Source of the DNA: Candidatus Nomurabacteria bacterium | GTDB lineage: Bacteria > Patescibacteriota > Minisyncoccia > Phycocordibacterales > SBAW01 | DNA length: 64,000 bases | Direction of reading: 5' to 3' | Assembly: GCA_943356495.1 (NCBI GenBank) | Contig: CALRFF010000001.1 | Coordinates: 24,957-88,956, forward strand | Part shown: positions 1-8,040 of the stretch, one piece after another | Position numbering within the stretch: the first letter of the stretch is position 1 | Layout of the letters: each line of letters begins with the position of its first letter | Position numbers and translations under genes: made by a program | Notes under the pieces: model-generated | Seen by the model: the letters and a program-made list of their open reading frames with translations, nothing else | Databases searched by the model: none | What the model was told of the DNA's origin: nothing

Positions 1-34
1 GCAGACGTTGGGAGAGATGGGGATTCTTTAGCAT

Positions 35-976
35 ATGCCAAGCACTTTTAAATCAATGCCTGTTCGTGGTTCGCAGCGCTCATCTCGAGAGGAGGGCGCC
101 GAGGTTCGCGAGCAGGCATTGGTTCGAAAGCACGTAAGCGTGATGGCCAAAGAGGCTATCGAGCTTTTGGCGCTTACAGACGGCGACGTGGTGGTGGACG
201 CGACCTTTGGCGCGGGTGGCCACAGTGCGCTTATACAAAAGGCGGCTAAAGTGCACCTGATAACCGTTGATGCCGACCCTGCATCGGGCGCGCAGCATGC
301 GGCAAATTTCGGCGATCTTTCGCACGTGCTCGGTGCTCAGAAAATACATAAGGCGCTGTTTGACTTGGGCTGGAACAGCACCCAGCTTTCTTCCGGCCGC
401 GGATTTTCGTTTATGAGCGACGAGCCGCTCAATATGAGTTACGGCGAGCGGCCGCGCTCGGGCTTTACCGCCGCAGAAATTTTAAACACGTGGAGCGAAA
501 AGGTTATAGCCGACGCGCTGTTTGGCTACGGCGAGGAGCGCTACGCGCGCCGCATTGCCAAGGCAGTAGTTGAGCGGCGTGACCTGCACCCGTTTGCGAC
601 AACCATGGAGTTTGTCGAGCTTATTAAAGACGCCGTACCCGCAGCGTACCGCCGCGGCCGCTTGCACCCCGCCACGCGCTCGTTCCAAGCACTGCGCATT
701 GCGGTCAACGACGAGCTTGGTGCTATAGACGCCGGCCTGCGCGCCGCGTGGAAGCACTTGGCAACGGGTGGGCGCATCGTGGTTATCAGCTTTCATAGTA
801 TCGAGGACCGCGCGGTCAAACGCCTGTTTGCTTCGTTTGTAAAAAGCGGGGAGGGCAAGCCTGCCTTGCCGGCAGGCAGGTTGGTGGTCAAAAAGCCGCT
901 TATCGCAAGCAGCGAAGAAGTTAAGCGCAACCCGCCGAGCCGCAGCGCCAAAATGCGCGTTATCGAAAAACTATAA
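35..976 (+). CDS. rsmH: 16S rRNA (cytosine1402-N4)-methyltransferase RsmH/MraW
   Basis: N-terminal SAM-binding motif DATFGAGGHS and conserved RsmH C-terminal region (ISFHSIEDR). First gene of a dcw-type cluster. The N-terminus carries about a 30-aa extension, so the true start may use a non-ATG codon further in. Confidence 0.85.
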   Translation: MPSTFKSMPVRGSQRSSREEGAEVREQALVRKHVSVMAKEAIELLALTDGDVVVDATFGAGGHSALIQKAAKVHLITVDADPASGAQHAANFGDLSHVLGAQKIHKALFDLGWNSTQLSSGRGFSFMSDEPLNMSYGERPRSGFTAAEILNTWSEKVIADALFGYGEERYARRIAKAVVERRDLHPFATTMEFVELIKDAVPAAYRRGRLHPATRSFQALRIAVNDELGAIDAGLRAAWKHLATGGRIVVISFHSIEDRAVKRLFASFVKSGEGKPALPAGRLVVKKPLIASSEEVKRNPPSRSAKMRVIEKL

Positions 977-977
977 T

Positions 978-1313
978 ATGAAAGCCCTCGCTCTATACCA
1001 GCAGTACTTCCGCAGCACTTTTGCGGTCTTGGCCTGCTTGTGCACCGTGTCGGTGTTTTTGTACGGTGTCTTTTTGCTCGAGGCGGTAGGACACACCGCC
1101 AACCGCGCCCGTGCCGGCCGCGCAGGCACCGAGATTAAAGCGCAATTGAGCGTGCTTGAAGGGCGCTATCTTACTGCAACGCAGGCGCTTACCCCCGCCC
1201 GCGCTACGGCGCTGGGCTTTGTGGCCCCCAAGGCGGTGGCTACGGTGTACGCCACCGACGCCTCGCGCATGCTGACCCTTACCACAGGCGATATATCTGC
1301 CGCGGCGCGGTAG
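978..1313 (+). CDS. FtsL-like small bitopic cell-division protein
   Basis: 111 aa with a single N-terminal TM helix, lying between rsmH and ftsI as ftsL normally does. Assigned by position and topology only. Confidence 0.45.
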   Translation: MKALALYQQYFRSTFAVLACLCTVSVFLYGVFLLEAVGHTANRARAGRAGTEIKAQLSVLEGRYLTATQALTPARATALGFVAPKAVATVYATDASRMLTLTTGDISAAAR

Positions 1314-1322
1314 AATAGCCCT

Positions 1323-2831
1323 ATGCAGCGCTACTTAGGCCGTATACGTGTATTGACGGCTGTATGTGTTTTGGTGGTACTGGTAATAGTCGGCAGGCTC
1401 TATTATCTGCAAGTCATGCGGGGCGACAGTTATGCCCGCAAAGCGGACGCGCAATTTACGGTGTCGCACGACCCGCTGCTCGACCGCGGGACCATTTACT
1501 TTACCGACAAAGACGGCGTGCAAGTAACCGCGGCGACTTTGCACCCCGTTGCTTCCTCGACCAACCATCAACGCTACTACCCCGGCGGCTCTTTGGCGGC
1601 GCAGGAAATCGGTTTTGTCGCATACAACAACGACCACATACAAAAAGGCCGCTACGGGTTGGAGCGCTATTATGACGAGACGCTAAGCCGAACCGACAGC
1701 TACTCAAACTTTTTTGTACAACTCTTCGGCAGTGTAAAAACAGCCATCGAGGGAGGGCAAGGGCAGGGCGATGTAATTACGACCATCGAGCCGTCGGTGC
1801 AGGCCGAACTTGAGCGCACACTGGCCGACTACGCCGCCAGCTGGCACCCCACACTTGGCGGCGGCATTGTGATGGATCCAAAAACCGGCGAGGTGGTGGC
1901 TATGGCGGTGTATCCGACCTTTGACCTTAACTCTTTTAATACGCAGACCGACCCGTTGATATACGCCAATCCGATGGTGCAAAACGTGTACGAGATGGGC
2001 TCGATTATTAAGCCGCTTACGCTGGCGGCGGGGCTCGACTCCGGCGCCATAACCGAAAAGACAACCTACAACGACACCGGCTGTATCGAGGTTGATACTA
2101 AAAAAATATGTAACTTCGACGGCAAGGCGCGCGGCGTTATACCGGTGCAGGAAATTTTAAACCAGTCGCTTAACGTCGGTGCTTCGTTTGTGGCAACTAA
2201 AATGGGGCAGGCAACCCAACGGGAATACTTTTTAAATCGTTACAAACTAGGGGAAGAGACGGGTACCGACCTGCCTGCCGAAGGGCATGGGCTTATGTCG
2301 CCGCTTAAAACAAACCGGCAGGTCGAGTTTAACAGCGCGTCCTATGGGCAGGCTATCGCCATGACGCCTATTGCGACCGTGCGCGCCTTGGCGACGCTTG
2401 CCAACGGTGGCTTGCTGGTGACTCCGCATTTGGCAAAAGCGGTAACCTACGACAGCGGCGTTACGCGCGCGCTTGGCTGGGGCGAGCCGGTGCCGGTGCT
2501 TAAGCCCGAGACATCCACTACTATTAGCCGCATGCTTACCACGGTGGTGGACACGTCGCTGGTGCACGGCGACACTAAGCTCGAGCACTATAGCGTTGCA
2601 GCAAAAACAGGCACCGCGCAAATTGCCAACCCTGCAGGCGGCGGCTATTATGCCGACCGGTATCTGCATAGCTTTTTCGGATACTTTCCTTCGTACGATG
2701 CTAAGTTTGTGGTATTTCTTTTTGCGGTCGAGCCGCAAGGGGCATCGTTTGCCAGCCAGACATGGGCATCGCCGTTCCACGCGCTGACCAAGTTCCTGAT
2801 AAACTACTATCAAATCCCGCCCGACCGCTAA
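1323..2831 (+). CDS. ftsI: penicillin-binding protein 2/3 (FtsI-type peptidoglycan D,D-transpeptidase)
   Basis: N-terminal TM segment and PBP dimerisation region. Transpeptidase motifs present: SxxK (GSIIKP), SxN and KTGT (AAKTGTA). Confidence 0.85.
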   Translation: MQRYLGRIRVLTAVCVLVVLVIVGRLYYLQVMRGDSYARKADAQFTVSHDPLLDRGTIYFTDKDGVQVTAATLHPVASSTNHQRYYPGGSLAAQEIGFVAYNNDHIQKGRYGLERYYDETLSRTDSYSNFFVQLFGSVKTAIEGGQGQGDVITTIEPSVQAELERTLADYAASWHPTLGGGIVMDPKTGEVVAMAVYPTFDLNSFNTQTDPLIYANPMVQNVYEMGSIIKPLTLAAGLDSGAITEKTTYNDTGCIEVDTKKICNFDGKARGVIPVQEILNQSLNVGASFVATKMGQATQREYFLNRYKLGEETGTDLPAEGHGLMSPLKTNRQVEFNSASYGQAIAMTPIATVRALATLANGGLLVTPHLAKAVTYDSGVTRALGWGEPVPVLKPETSTTISRMLTTVVDTSLVHGDTKLEHYSVAAKTGTAQIANPAGGGYYADRYLHSFFGYFPSYDAKFVVFLFAVEPQGASFASQTWASPFHALTKFLINYYQIPPDR

Positions 2832-2832
2832 C

Positions 2833-4140
2833 ATGCGCACTCTTTTTAAAAAATGTATTGTCGCCGTTATTACGTGGGAGGCGCGTCTGGTCCTGCGCAA
2901 ATACAAGCCCAAGATTATTGCGATTACCGGGAGTGTGGGCAAAACATCGACCAAAGACGCTATCTACGCAGCCTTGCGCAAAAGCGAGCATGTCCGCAAG
3001 TCGGAAAAGAGTTTTAACAGCGAGGTAGGTATCCCGCTTACTATACTGGGCGCGCCCAACGGTTGGAGCAACCCTTTCCGCTGGCTGGTAACTATAGTTG
3101 ACGGTTTGTCGTTGGTATTATTTACCACCCGGTATCCGGAGTGGTTGGTGCTCGAGGTGGGCGCCGACCGCCCCGGCGACATACGCTCGCTCAGCGGCTG
3201 GTTGCGCGTGCAGGTAGCGGTGATTACGCGGTTGCCGGAGCTGCCGGTGCATGTAGAGTTTTTTGACTCGCCCGAAGCCGTGATAGAGGAAAAAGCTTCG
3301 CTTATAAACGCATTGGTGCGCGGCGGCACGCTTATACTTTTTGGCGACGATCCGCGCACGCGTGCGCTCGAGCGTCGCTTGCCGGAGACCGGCGGCACAC
3401 TTATAACATTTGGTTTTGACGAGGATAACGATGTCCGCGGTGTCGAGGTGCAAGCCTTGCGCGACGAAGAAGGCGGCTGGCCCGTGGGCATGGCCGCAAC
3501 TATTACCGCCGGAGAAAGCCGCGCGCATCTTACTGTCCGCGGCGCGCTCGGTGCGCATGCCTTTTTGCCCGCACTCGGCGCGGCGGCGGTTGCGGGCGCG
3601 CTTGGTAAAGACATACACGATGTAGCCGCCGCATTGGCAGGGTATGAGCCGCCCGCGGGTCGTATGCGCTTGCTGCAGGGTATTAAAGACACGCTGGTTA
3701 TAGACGACACCTACAACGCCAGCCCCGCGGCCACCTCGGCCGCGCTCGAGGCGCTGGCGCTGGCACACCGGCCGCGTGGGCGTGAGGTGGCGGCGCTCGG
3801 CGACATGCTTGAGCTAGGGCGCACCTCGGTGCAAGAGCATAAAAAGTTAGGGGCCCTGTGCGCTAAAACCTGTAAACTGCTTATTACCGTGGGCTTTCGC
3901 GCCCGCGACATTGCGCAGGGCGCGCTCGATGCCGGCATGGACGAAAGCAAGATATTTCAATACGAAGACTCCGCGGTAGCGGGCAGGGAACTACAAAACA
4001 TGCTCAAGGCCGGCGACGTTGTGCTATGCAAAGGCTCACAAAGTATACGCATGGAGCGCGTGGTAGAGGAACTAATGGCCGAGCCCAACCGCGCGGCAGA
4101 GTTGTTGGTGCGGCAGGACGCAGAGTGGAAAAAACGCTGA
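2833..4140 (+). CDS. murF: UDP-N-acetylmuramoyl-tripeptide--D-alanyl-D-alanine ligase
   Basis: Mur ligase P-loop ITGSVGKTSTKD plus central and C-terminal Mur ligase domains. Canonical position after ftsI. Confidence 0.85.
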   Translation: MRTLFKKCIVAVITWEARLVLRKYKPKIIAITGSVGKTSTKDAIYAALRKSEHVRKSEKSFNSEVGIPLTILGAPNGWSNPFRWLVTIVDGLSLVLFTTRYPEWLVLEVGADRPGDIRSLSGWLRVQVAVITRLPELPVHVEFFDSPEAVIEEKASLINALVRGGTLILFGDDPRTRALERRLPETGGTLITFGFDEDNDVRGVEVQALRDEEGGWPVGMAATITAGESRAHLTVRGALGAHAFLPALGAAAVAGALGKDIHDVAAALAGYEPPAGRMRLLQGIKDTLVIDDTYNASPAATSAALEALALAHRPRGREVAALGDMLELGRTSVQEHKKLGALCAKTCKLLITVGFRARDIAQGALDAGMDESKIFQYEDSAVAGRELQNMLKAGDVVLCKGSQSIRMERVVEELMAEPNRAAELLVRQDAEWKKR

Positions 4141-4162
4141 TTGTGTTGTAAATTGTTTTATT

Positions 4163-4234
4163 GGCCCTATCGTCTAACGGTTAGGACGGAAGCTTCTCAA
4201 GCTTTAAATCGGGGTTCGATTCCCCGTAGGGTCA
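4163..4234 (+). tRNA. tRNA-Glu (anticodon CTC)
   Basis: Cloverleaf: acceptor GGCCCTA/TAGGGTC, D-arm GTCT..GGAC, anticodon stem GAAGC/GCTTT with loop TTCTCAA (CTC), T-arm CGGGG-TTCGATT-CCCCG. CCA is not encoded. Confidence 0.8.
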
Positions 4235-4810
4235 CAAAGTGAAGCAAAAACAAACTGTTTTGTTTTTGCAAACATTTGTGAGGCCGGAGCGATGTTTTGC
4301 ACTTGCAAAACCGCGAGGCGGGGGCTGCGACCAAATTTTGCGACGGCAAAGTTTGAGTTGTGGCCACAAACCAAAAGAAAAACCGCGCAGCAAGTGCTGC
4401 GCGGTCTGGCGTTACGTCGCCGGTTGTGACATCTGCGGCTGGGGCCGCGCGGAGCGGCCGGAGTCGTAGCGCGCACGTCCTGCCCGCGGCTTCTGCAAAT
4501 GCTCGACCACTTGCGTGGCGACGAGCACATACAGGGCAAAGATAGCGGGCTCGAGCGGCTTGGCCGTGGTGGCGCTCCTGACCGCGCTTTCGATCAGTTG
4601 GCTTTGCTTCAGGCCCGAGTCGCGCAAGTTGGCGAGGATGCCGCCGACGTTGCGTAAAATGCGCGTGCTTGGGGTGTGGGGCGGATTTCTCCCCAGAGCG
4701 ATTTGGATGCCCCTTCTGACCTGTTCGTCGGTAAATACTTTAAACCCCTGATGTCTCAAGCGATTCTCCCCTAAGTTCAGCTTCAGTGTCGTCTGGCAAG
4801 CACTATAGAT

Positions 4811-4840
4811 AAAAAAGCTCCCCGAGACAAGCTCGGGGAG
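4811..4840 (-). terminator. rho-independent terminator for the 4849-5184 gene
   Basis: Hairpin CTCCCCGAG-acaag-CTCGGGGAG preceded on the + strand by AAAAAA (a T-tract on the - strand), immediately 3' of the minus-strand ORF. Confidence 0.55.
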
Positions 4841-4848
4841 TAGTAACT

Positions 4849-5184
4849 TCATTCGGCCGCTTCGCTAAAGAAGGGCAGGCTGTCTTGCACAAAGTGCATG
4901 GGCTTTGCTTCGTCCATGTACTTCTTGAGCCGCTTACCGCGCTCGGCGTCGAGGTCGATAGCCCGCTCGGGCTTCGGCTCGGGCAGGTCGCGGTCACCGT
5001 TCTTGCGAGCGGTTAACGCTACGGTAGCTTGCACCACTTGTGGTGCGTGCCCGATGTACGGCCACTCCGACGGCCTTGCGAGCCCAAGGTCGCGACGGCG
5101 ACGTTTTGCCGCACGACGTGCAACCGCATTGCCCCATCGCTCAAAAATTGCTCCGAGCTCCGAGTCCTTCTCGAATTCTGTCAT
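4849..5184 (-). CDS. hypothetical protein (111 aa, highly charged, Arg/Lys-rich)
   Basis: Clean ORF with its own terminator hairpin downstream. No recognisable motifs. Confidence 0.45.
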   Translation of the reverse strand: MTEFEKDSELGAIFERWGNAVARRAAKRRRRDLGLARPSEWPYIGHAPQVVQATVALTARKNGDRDLPEPKPERAIDLDAERGKRLKKYMDEAKPMHFVQDSLPFFSEAAE

Positions 5185-5301
5185 GACACCTCTCCCGAGT
5201 TGGGAGGGTACGCACTACCTATGAGACCCCTCAGTCTCTCCCTCTGCGCCTATAATACACAAAATCACCTGAAAGTCAAGTGATTCGGTGGGGAAAAGCG
5301 G

Positions 5302-5754
5302 TTATGCAAACATCCCGTCTACTACAGCCTTTACAGCATTGCCGTCGGCCTTGCCTTTAAGGTCTTTCATCAGCATACCCATGAGTTTGTTGGCGCCGGT
5401 TTTGTCAGTAACCCCCAACTCGGCAGCTTTGGCTTTAGCCGCTGCAATAATTTCCTCTTGCGACATTTGGGCGGGGAGCATCGTCTCGAGTATCGCCAGC
5501 TCCTCTTTTTCGCTTACGGCAAGTTCGGGGCGGCCGCCTTTCTCAAACTGTTCGATAGAGTCTTTGCGCTGTTTTGAGGCGCGGATAATAACCGACAAGA
5601 CTTCGTCTTCGGTAAGTACGCCGTCGGGACCTTTGCCTTTGGTAACCGCCTCGTTGGTCATGGCCGAAAGGAGCCCGCGGATAACATTGAGCTTTACCGG
5701 CTCCTTGGCCTTCATGGCGGCCTTCATTGCTTCTTTTAGTTCTGCTTGGGTCAT
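5302..5754 (-). CDS. GatB/YqeY domain-containing protein
   Basis: MTQAELKEAMKAAMKAKEPVKLNVIRGLLSAMTNEAV and the remaining sequence match the YqeY family. Start set at the first ATG (MTQ); the listed ORF begins at an upstream alternative codon. Confidence 0.8.
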   Translation of the reverse strand: MTQAELKEAMKAAMKAKEPVKLNVIRGLLSAMTNEAVTKGKGPDGVLTEDEVLSVIIRASKQRKDSIEQFEKGGRPELAVSEKEELAILETMLPAQMSQEEIIAAAKAKAAELGVTDKTGANKLMGMLMKDLKGKADGNAVKAVVDGMFA

Positions 5755-5768
5755 GGCATGATAGTACA

Positions 5769-6869
5769 ATGGATTTGCTTACGATTCTAGTAGTAGTGGC
5801 CATACTTTTGCTCGGTGGCACTCTGGGTATGGTGTACGTTTTGTGGCGCAAATTGCAAGAGCCGGCTGCTGCCCAAGACACCTCGAGCCTGCTTATGATG
5901 CAAAACCAGCTGGCCGAGCTTACCCGCTCGATGGACAGCAAGCTTGGCGAGGGGACCAAGACCATGTCGGAGTTTATGATGACGCAGACCGACCAAGGTC
6001 GTGCACTCATGGCGACTATTACCAAACAGGTGGGCGACCAACTTATCGAGGTAGTTAAGGGTGTGAGCGAGACTAGAGAATCTACGAAGCAAATCTTTAC
6101 CATCGCCGAGCAGTTGGGCAACTTAGAAAAAGTGTTAAAGAACCAAAAGCAGCGCGGCAACTTGGGCGAGGCAAGCTTAGAGCTTGTGATGAGCAACATT
6201 TTGCCGCCCGGTGCCTATGCGATGCAGTATGAGTTCCCGGGTGGGGACACGGTTGATGCTATTATCCGCACCAAAGAGGGCTTTATACCGGTCGACGCCA
6301 AGTTCCCGCTCGAAAATTATTCGCGCCTGCGCGACGAAAAGGATGATATCCGCCGCGGGGAATACGAGGAGGCGTTTAAAAAAGACCTCAAAAAGCGCAT
6401 CGACGAAACGAGTAAGTATGTCCGCCCTAAAGACGGCACGCTACCGTTTGCGTTTATGTATATACCGGCAGAGGGTATCTACTACGACTTGCTTAACGAC
6501 GGCGTGGGCGCGGTCAACACGCGCAGCCTGCTTGATTATGCGCAAAACGACCGCAAGGTCATTATCGTAAGTCCGACCACTTTTGCCGCCTACCTGCAGT
6601 CAGTACTCTACGGCTTTAAGGCATTTAAGATAGAGGAACAGGCTAAAGATATCGCCAAAAACGTTGAGGCGCTGGGCCGGCACATCAATGCGTATCAGGA
6701 CTACTACAAAAAGCTCGGTGCATCGCTCTCGACCACGGTCAACCATTTTAACGCGGGCACCAAGGAGCTCGGTAAGATTGAAAAAGATGTGCTTAAAATT
6801 GACGCCTCGGCCGATATAGCGATAGACATACCGCTCCTTGATCGCCCTGTTGTTGAAGGTAAAGAATAA
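5769..6869 (+). CDS. rmuC: DNA recombination protein RmuC
   Basis: N-terminal TM/coiled-coil region and a C-terminal RmuC nuclease-like region (FMYIPAEGIYYDLL). Start taken at MDLL to avoid overlap with the divergent yqeY. Confidence 0.8.
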   Translation: MDLLTILVVVAILLLGGTLGMVYVLWRKLQEPAAAQDTSSLLMMQNQLAELTRSMDSKLGEGTKTMSEFMMTQTDQGRALMATITKQVGDQLIEVVKGVSETRESTKQIFTIAEQLGNLEKVLKNQKQRGNLGEASLELVMSNILPPGAYAMQYEFPGGDTVDAIIRTKEGFIPVDAKFPLENYSRLRDEKDDIRRGEYEEAFKKDLKKRIDETSKYVRPKDGTLPFAFMYIPAEGIYYDLLNDGVGAVNTRSLLDYAQNDRKVIIVSPTTFAAYLQSVLYGFKAFKIEEQAKDIAKNVEALGRHINAYQDYYKKLGASLSTTVNHFNAGTKELGKIEKDVLKIDASADIAIDIPLLDRPVVEGKE

Positions 6870-6900
6870 AAAATCCGCGCCAAGGTGGCGCGGACCTCCG
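6866..6900. terminator. hairpin terminator between rmuC and the small minus-strand peptide gene
   Basis: TCCGCGCC-aaggt-GGCGCGGA flanked by an A-tract on the 5' side and a T-rich stretch on the 3' side. Confidence 0.5.
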
Positions 6901-6903
6901 TAT

Positions 6904-6996
6904 TTATAGGCGTTCTTCCTTGGAGCGTTGCCGGTTGAGCCACCAGACATGTCCGAGCGCGGCAAGGACGATACCTGCAAAAATCAGATACGGCAT
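6904..6996 (-). CDS. 30-aa single-TM small peptide (MPYLIFAGIVLAALGHVWWLNRQRSKEERL)
   Basis: Not in the >=60-aa ORF track. ATG preceded by GGGAGAGAGG (SD-like) 4-5 nt upstream, a hydrophobic helix followed by a basic tail, and the terminator hairpin directly downstream. Confidence 0.4.
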   Translation of the reverse strand: MPYLIFAGIVLAALGHVWWLNRQRSKEERL

Positions 6997-7102
6997 AGCC
7001 TCTCTCCCTAGACTTTTGTAGTTTCTGTCTTCTGGCTATAGTATTGCACAAATAGGGCTTTTGGGCTAGTATATTTCCACGAGCCACAGGGCTCGATTTT
7101 AT

Positions 7103-7426
7103 ATGAAAGAATTCGCGATAATCAAGACCGGCGGCAAGCAATACCTCGTCGAGGAGGGCACCGTCGTCAAAATCGAGAGCCTTAAGGGCGACCTTAAAAT
7201 TGGGGACAAAGTGTCCTTTGATGAGGTGCTCCTTAGCGACAATGGCAAGGACGCCACGACTGTCGGTGCCCCTTTTATTAAAGGCGCCAAAGTAGAGGCG
7301 ACGGTGCAAAAAATCGCCCGCGCCAAAAAGGTTACGGTTATTAAATACAAGGCAAAGAGCAACTACTTTAAAAAGCGCGGCCATCGCCAACCGTTTATGG
7401 AGGTTAAAATAACCAAACTCGCCTAG
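7103..7426 (+). CDS. rplU: 50S ribosomal protein L21
   Basis: MKEFAIIKTGGKQYLVEEG... is canonical L21. Confidence 0.9.
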   Translation: MKEFAIIKTGGKQYLVEEGTVVKIESLKGDLKIGDKVSFDEVLLSDNGKDATTVGAPFIKGAKVEATVQKIARAKKVTVIKYKAKSNYFKKRGHRQPFMEVKITKLA

Positions 7427-7427
7427 C

Positions 7428-7454
7428 AAAAACTCCCCGCAAGGGGAGTTTTTA
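7428..7454. terminator. bidirectional rho-independent terminator (rplU / recR convergent)
   Basis: AAAAACTCCCC-gcaa-GGGGAGTTTTT. The recR stop codon lies within the T-tract. Confidence 0.6.
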
Positions 7455-8036
7455 GTTGCGTGAGTTAAGTGCGCTGGCAATGGTGTCTGGGTCGGCATAC
7501 TCGAGCTCCGAGCCGGTCGAGAGCCCGCGCCCAAGCGACGATATAGTAAGCCCCGTGTCTTTAAGCGTTTCCTGCAGGAGTTGGCGGGTATGGTCGCCCT
7601 CGGTCGTGGCCGACAGACCAAGGATAATCTCGGTTAGGCCGTTTTCGGCAATCCGTTTTTTTAGCTCGCGCAGGCGGATATGTTTAACCGGCTCTTCGCT
7701 CCCCAGTGGGATAGTGCCCCCCAGTACAAAGTAACGCCCCTTGTAGCCGCTGCGCTCGACGTTGTCGATGTCGGCATCTTTTTCGATAACAAACAGAGTG
7801 GCGGCGTCGCGCGAGCTGTTGCCGCACACCGCACACAGCCCGCTTTTGCCCACAAACCAGCGGTAGCACTCGGTGCACTGGCTGGTGTTGGCCCCGAGAG
7901 CTTTTATCTGCTCGGCCATGTCGGCGCGCAGGTTCGGGGCCGCGCTCAGCAGGTATTGCACAAAGCGGCGGGCCTGCCGCGGCCCGATACCGGGGAACTT
8001 TTCAAACGCTTCGGTCAGCCGGTCAATCGGATTCAT
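7452..8036 (-). CDS. recR: recombination protein RecR
   Basis: HhH motif (FPGIGPRQARRF), C4 zinc finger (CxxC...CxxC) and Toprim domain. Start taken at MNPIDRL. Confidence 0.9.
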   Translation of the reverse strand: MNPIDRLTEAFEKFPGIGPRQARRFVQYLLSAAPNLRADMAEQIKALGANTSQCTECYRWFVGKSGLCAVCGNSSRDAATLFVIEKDADIDNVERSGYKGRYFVLGGTIPLGSEEPVKHIRLRELKKRIAENGLTEIILGLSATTEGDHTRQLLQETLKDTGLTISSLGRGLSTGSELEYADPDTIASALNSRN

Positions 8037-8040
8037 ATGT

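Noticed and set aside
4412-4852. 146-aa minus-strand ORF next to tRNA-Glu as an integrase gene
   Set aside because: No ATG start. It reads through the terminator hairpin of the neighbouring gene. Similarity to recombinase box II is at noise level, with catalytic His/Tyr not conserved. Kept only as a speculative remnant in the findings.
6704-7621. 305-aa minus-strand ORF
   Set aside because: It overlaps the 3' end of rmuC, the intergenic region, the whole of rplU and the terminator. It has no motifs and an Arg/Ala-rich antisense composition. Spurious.
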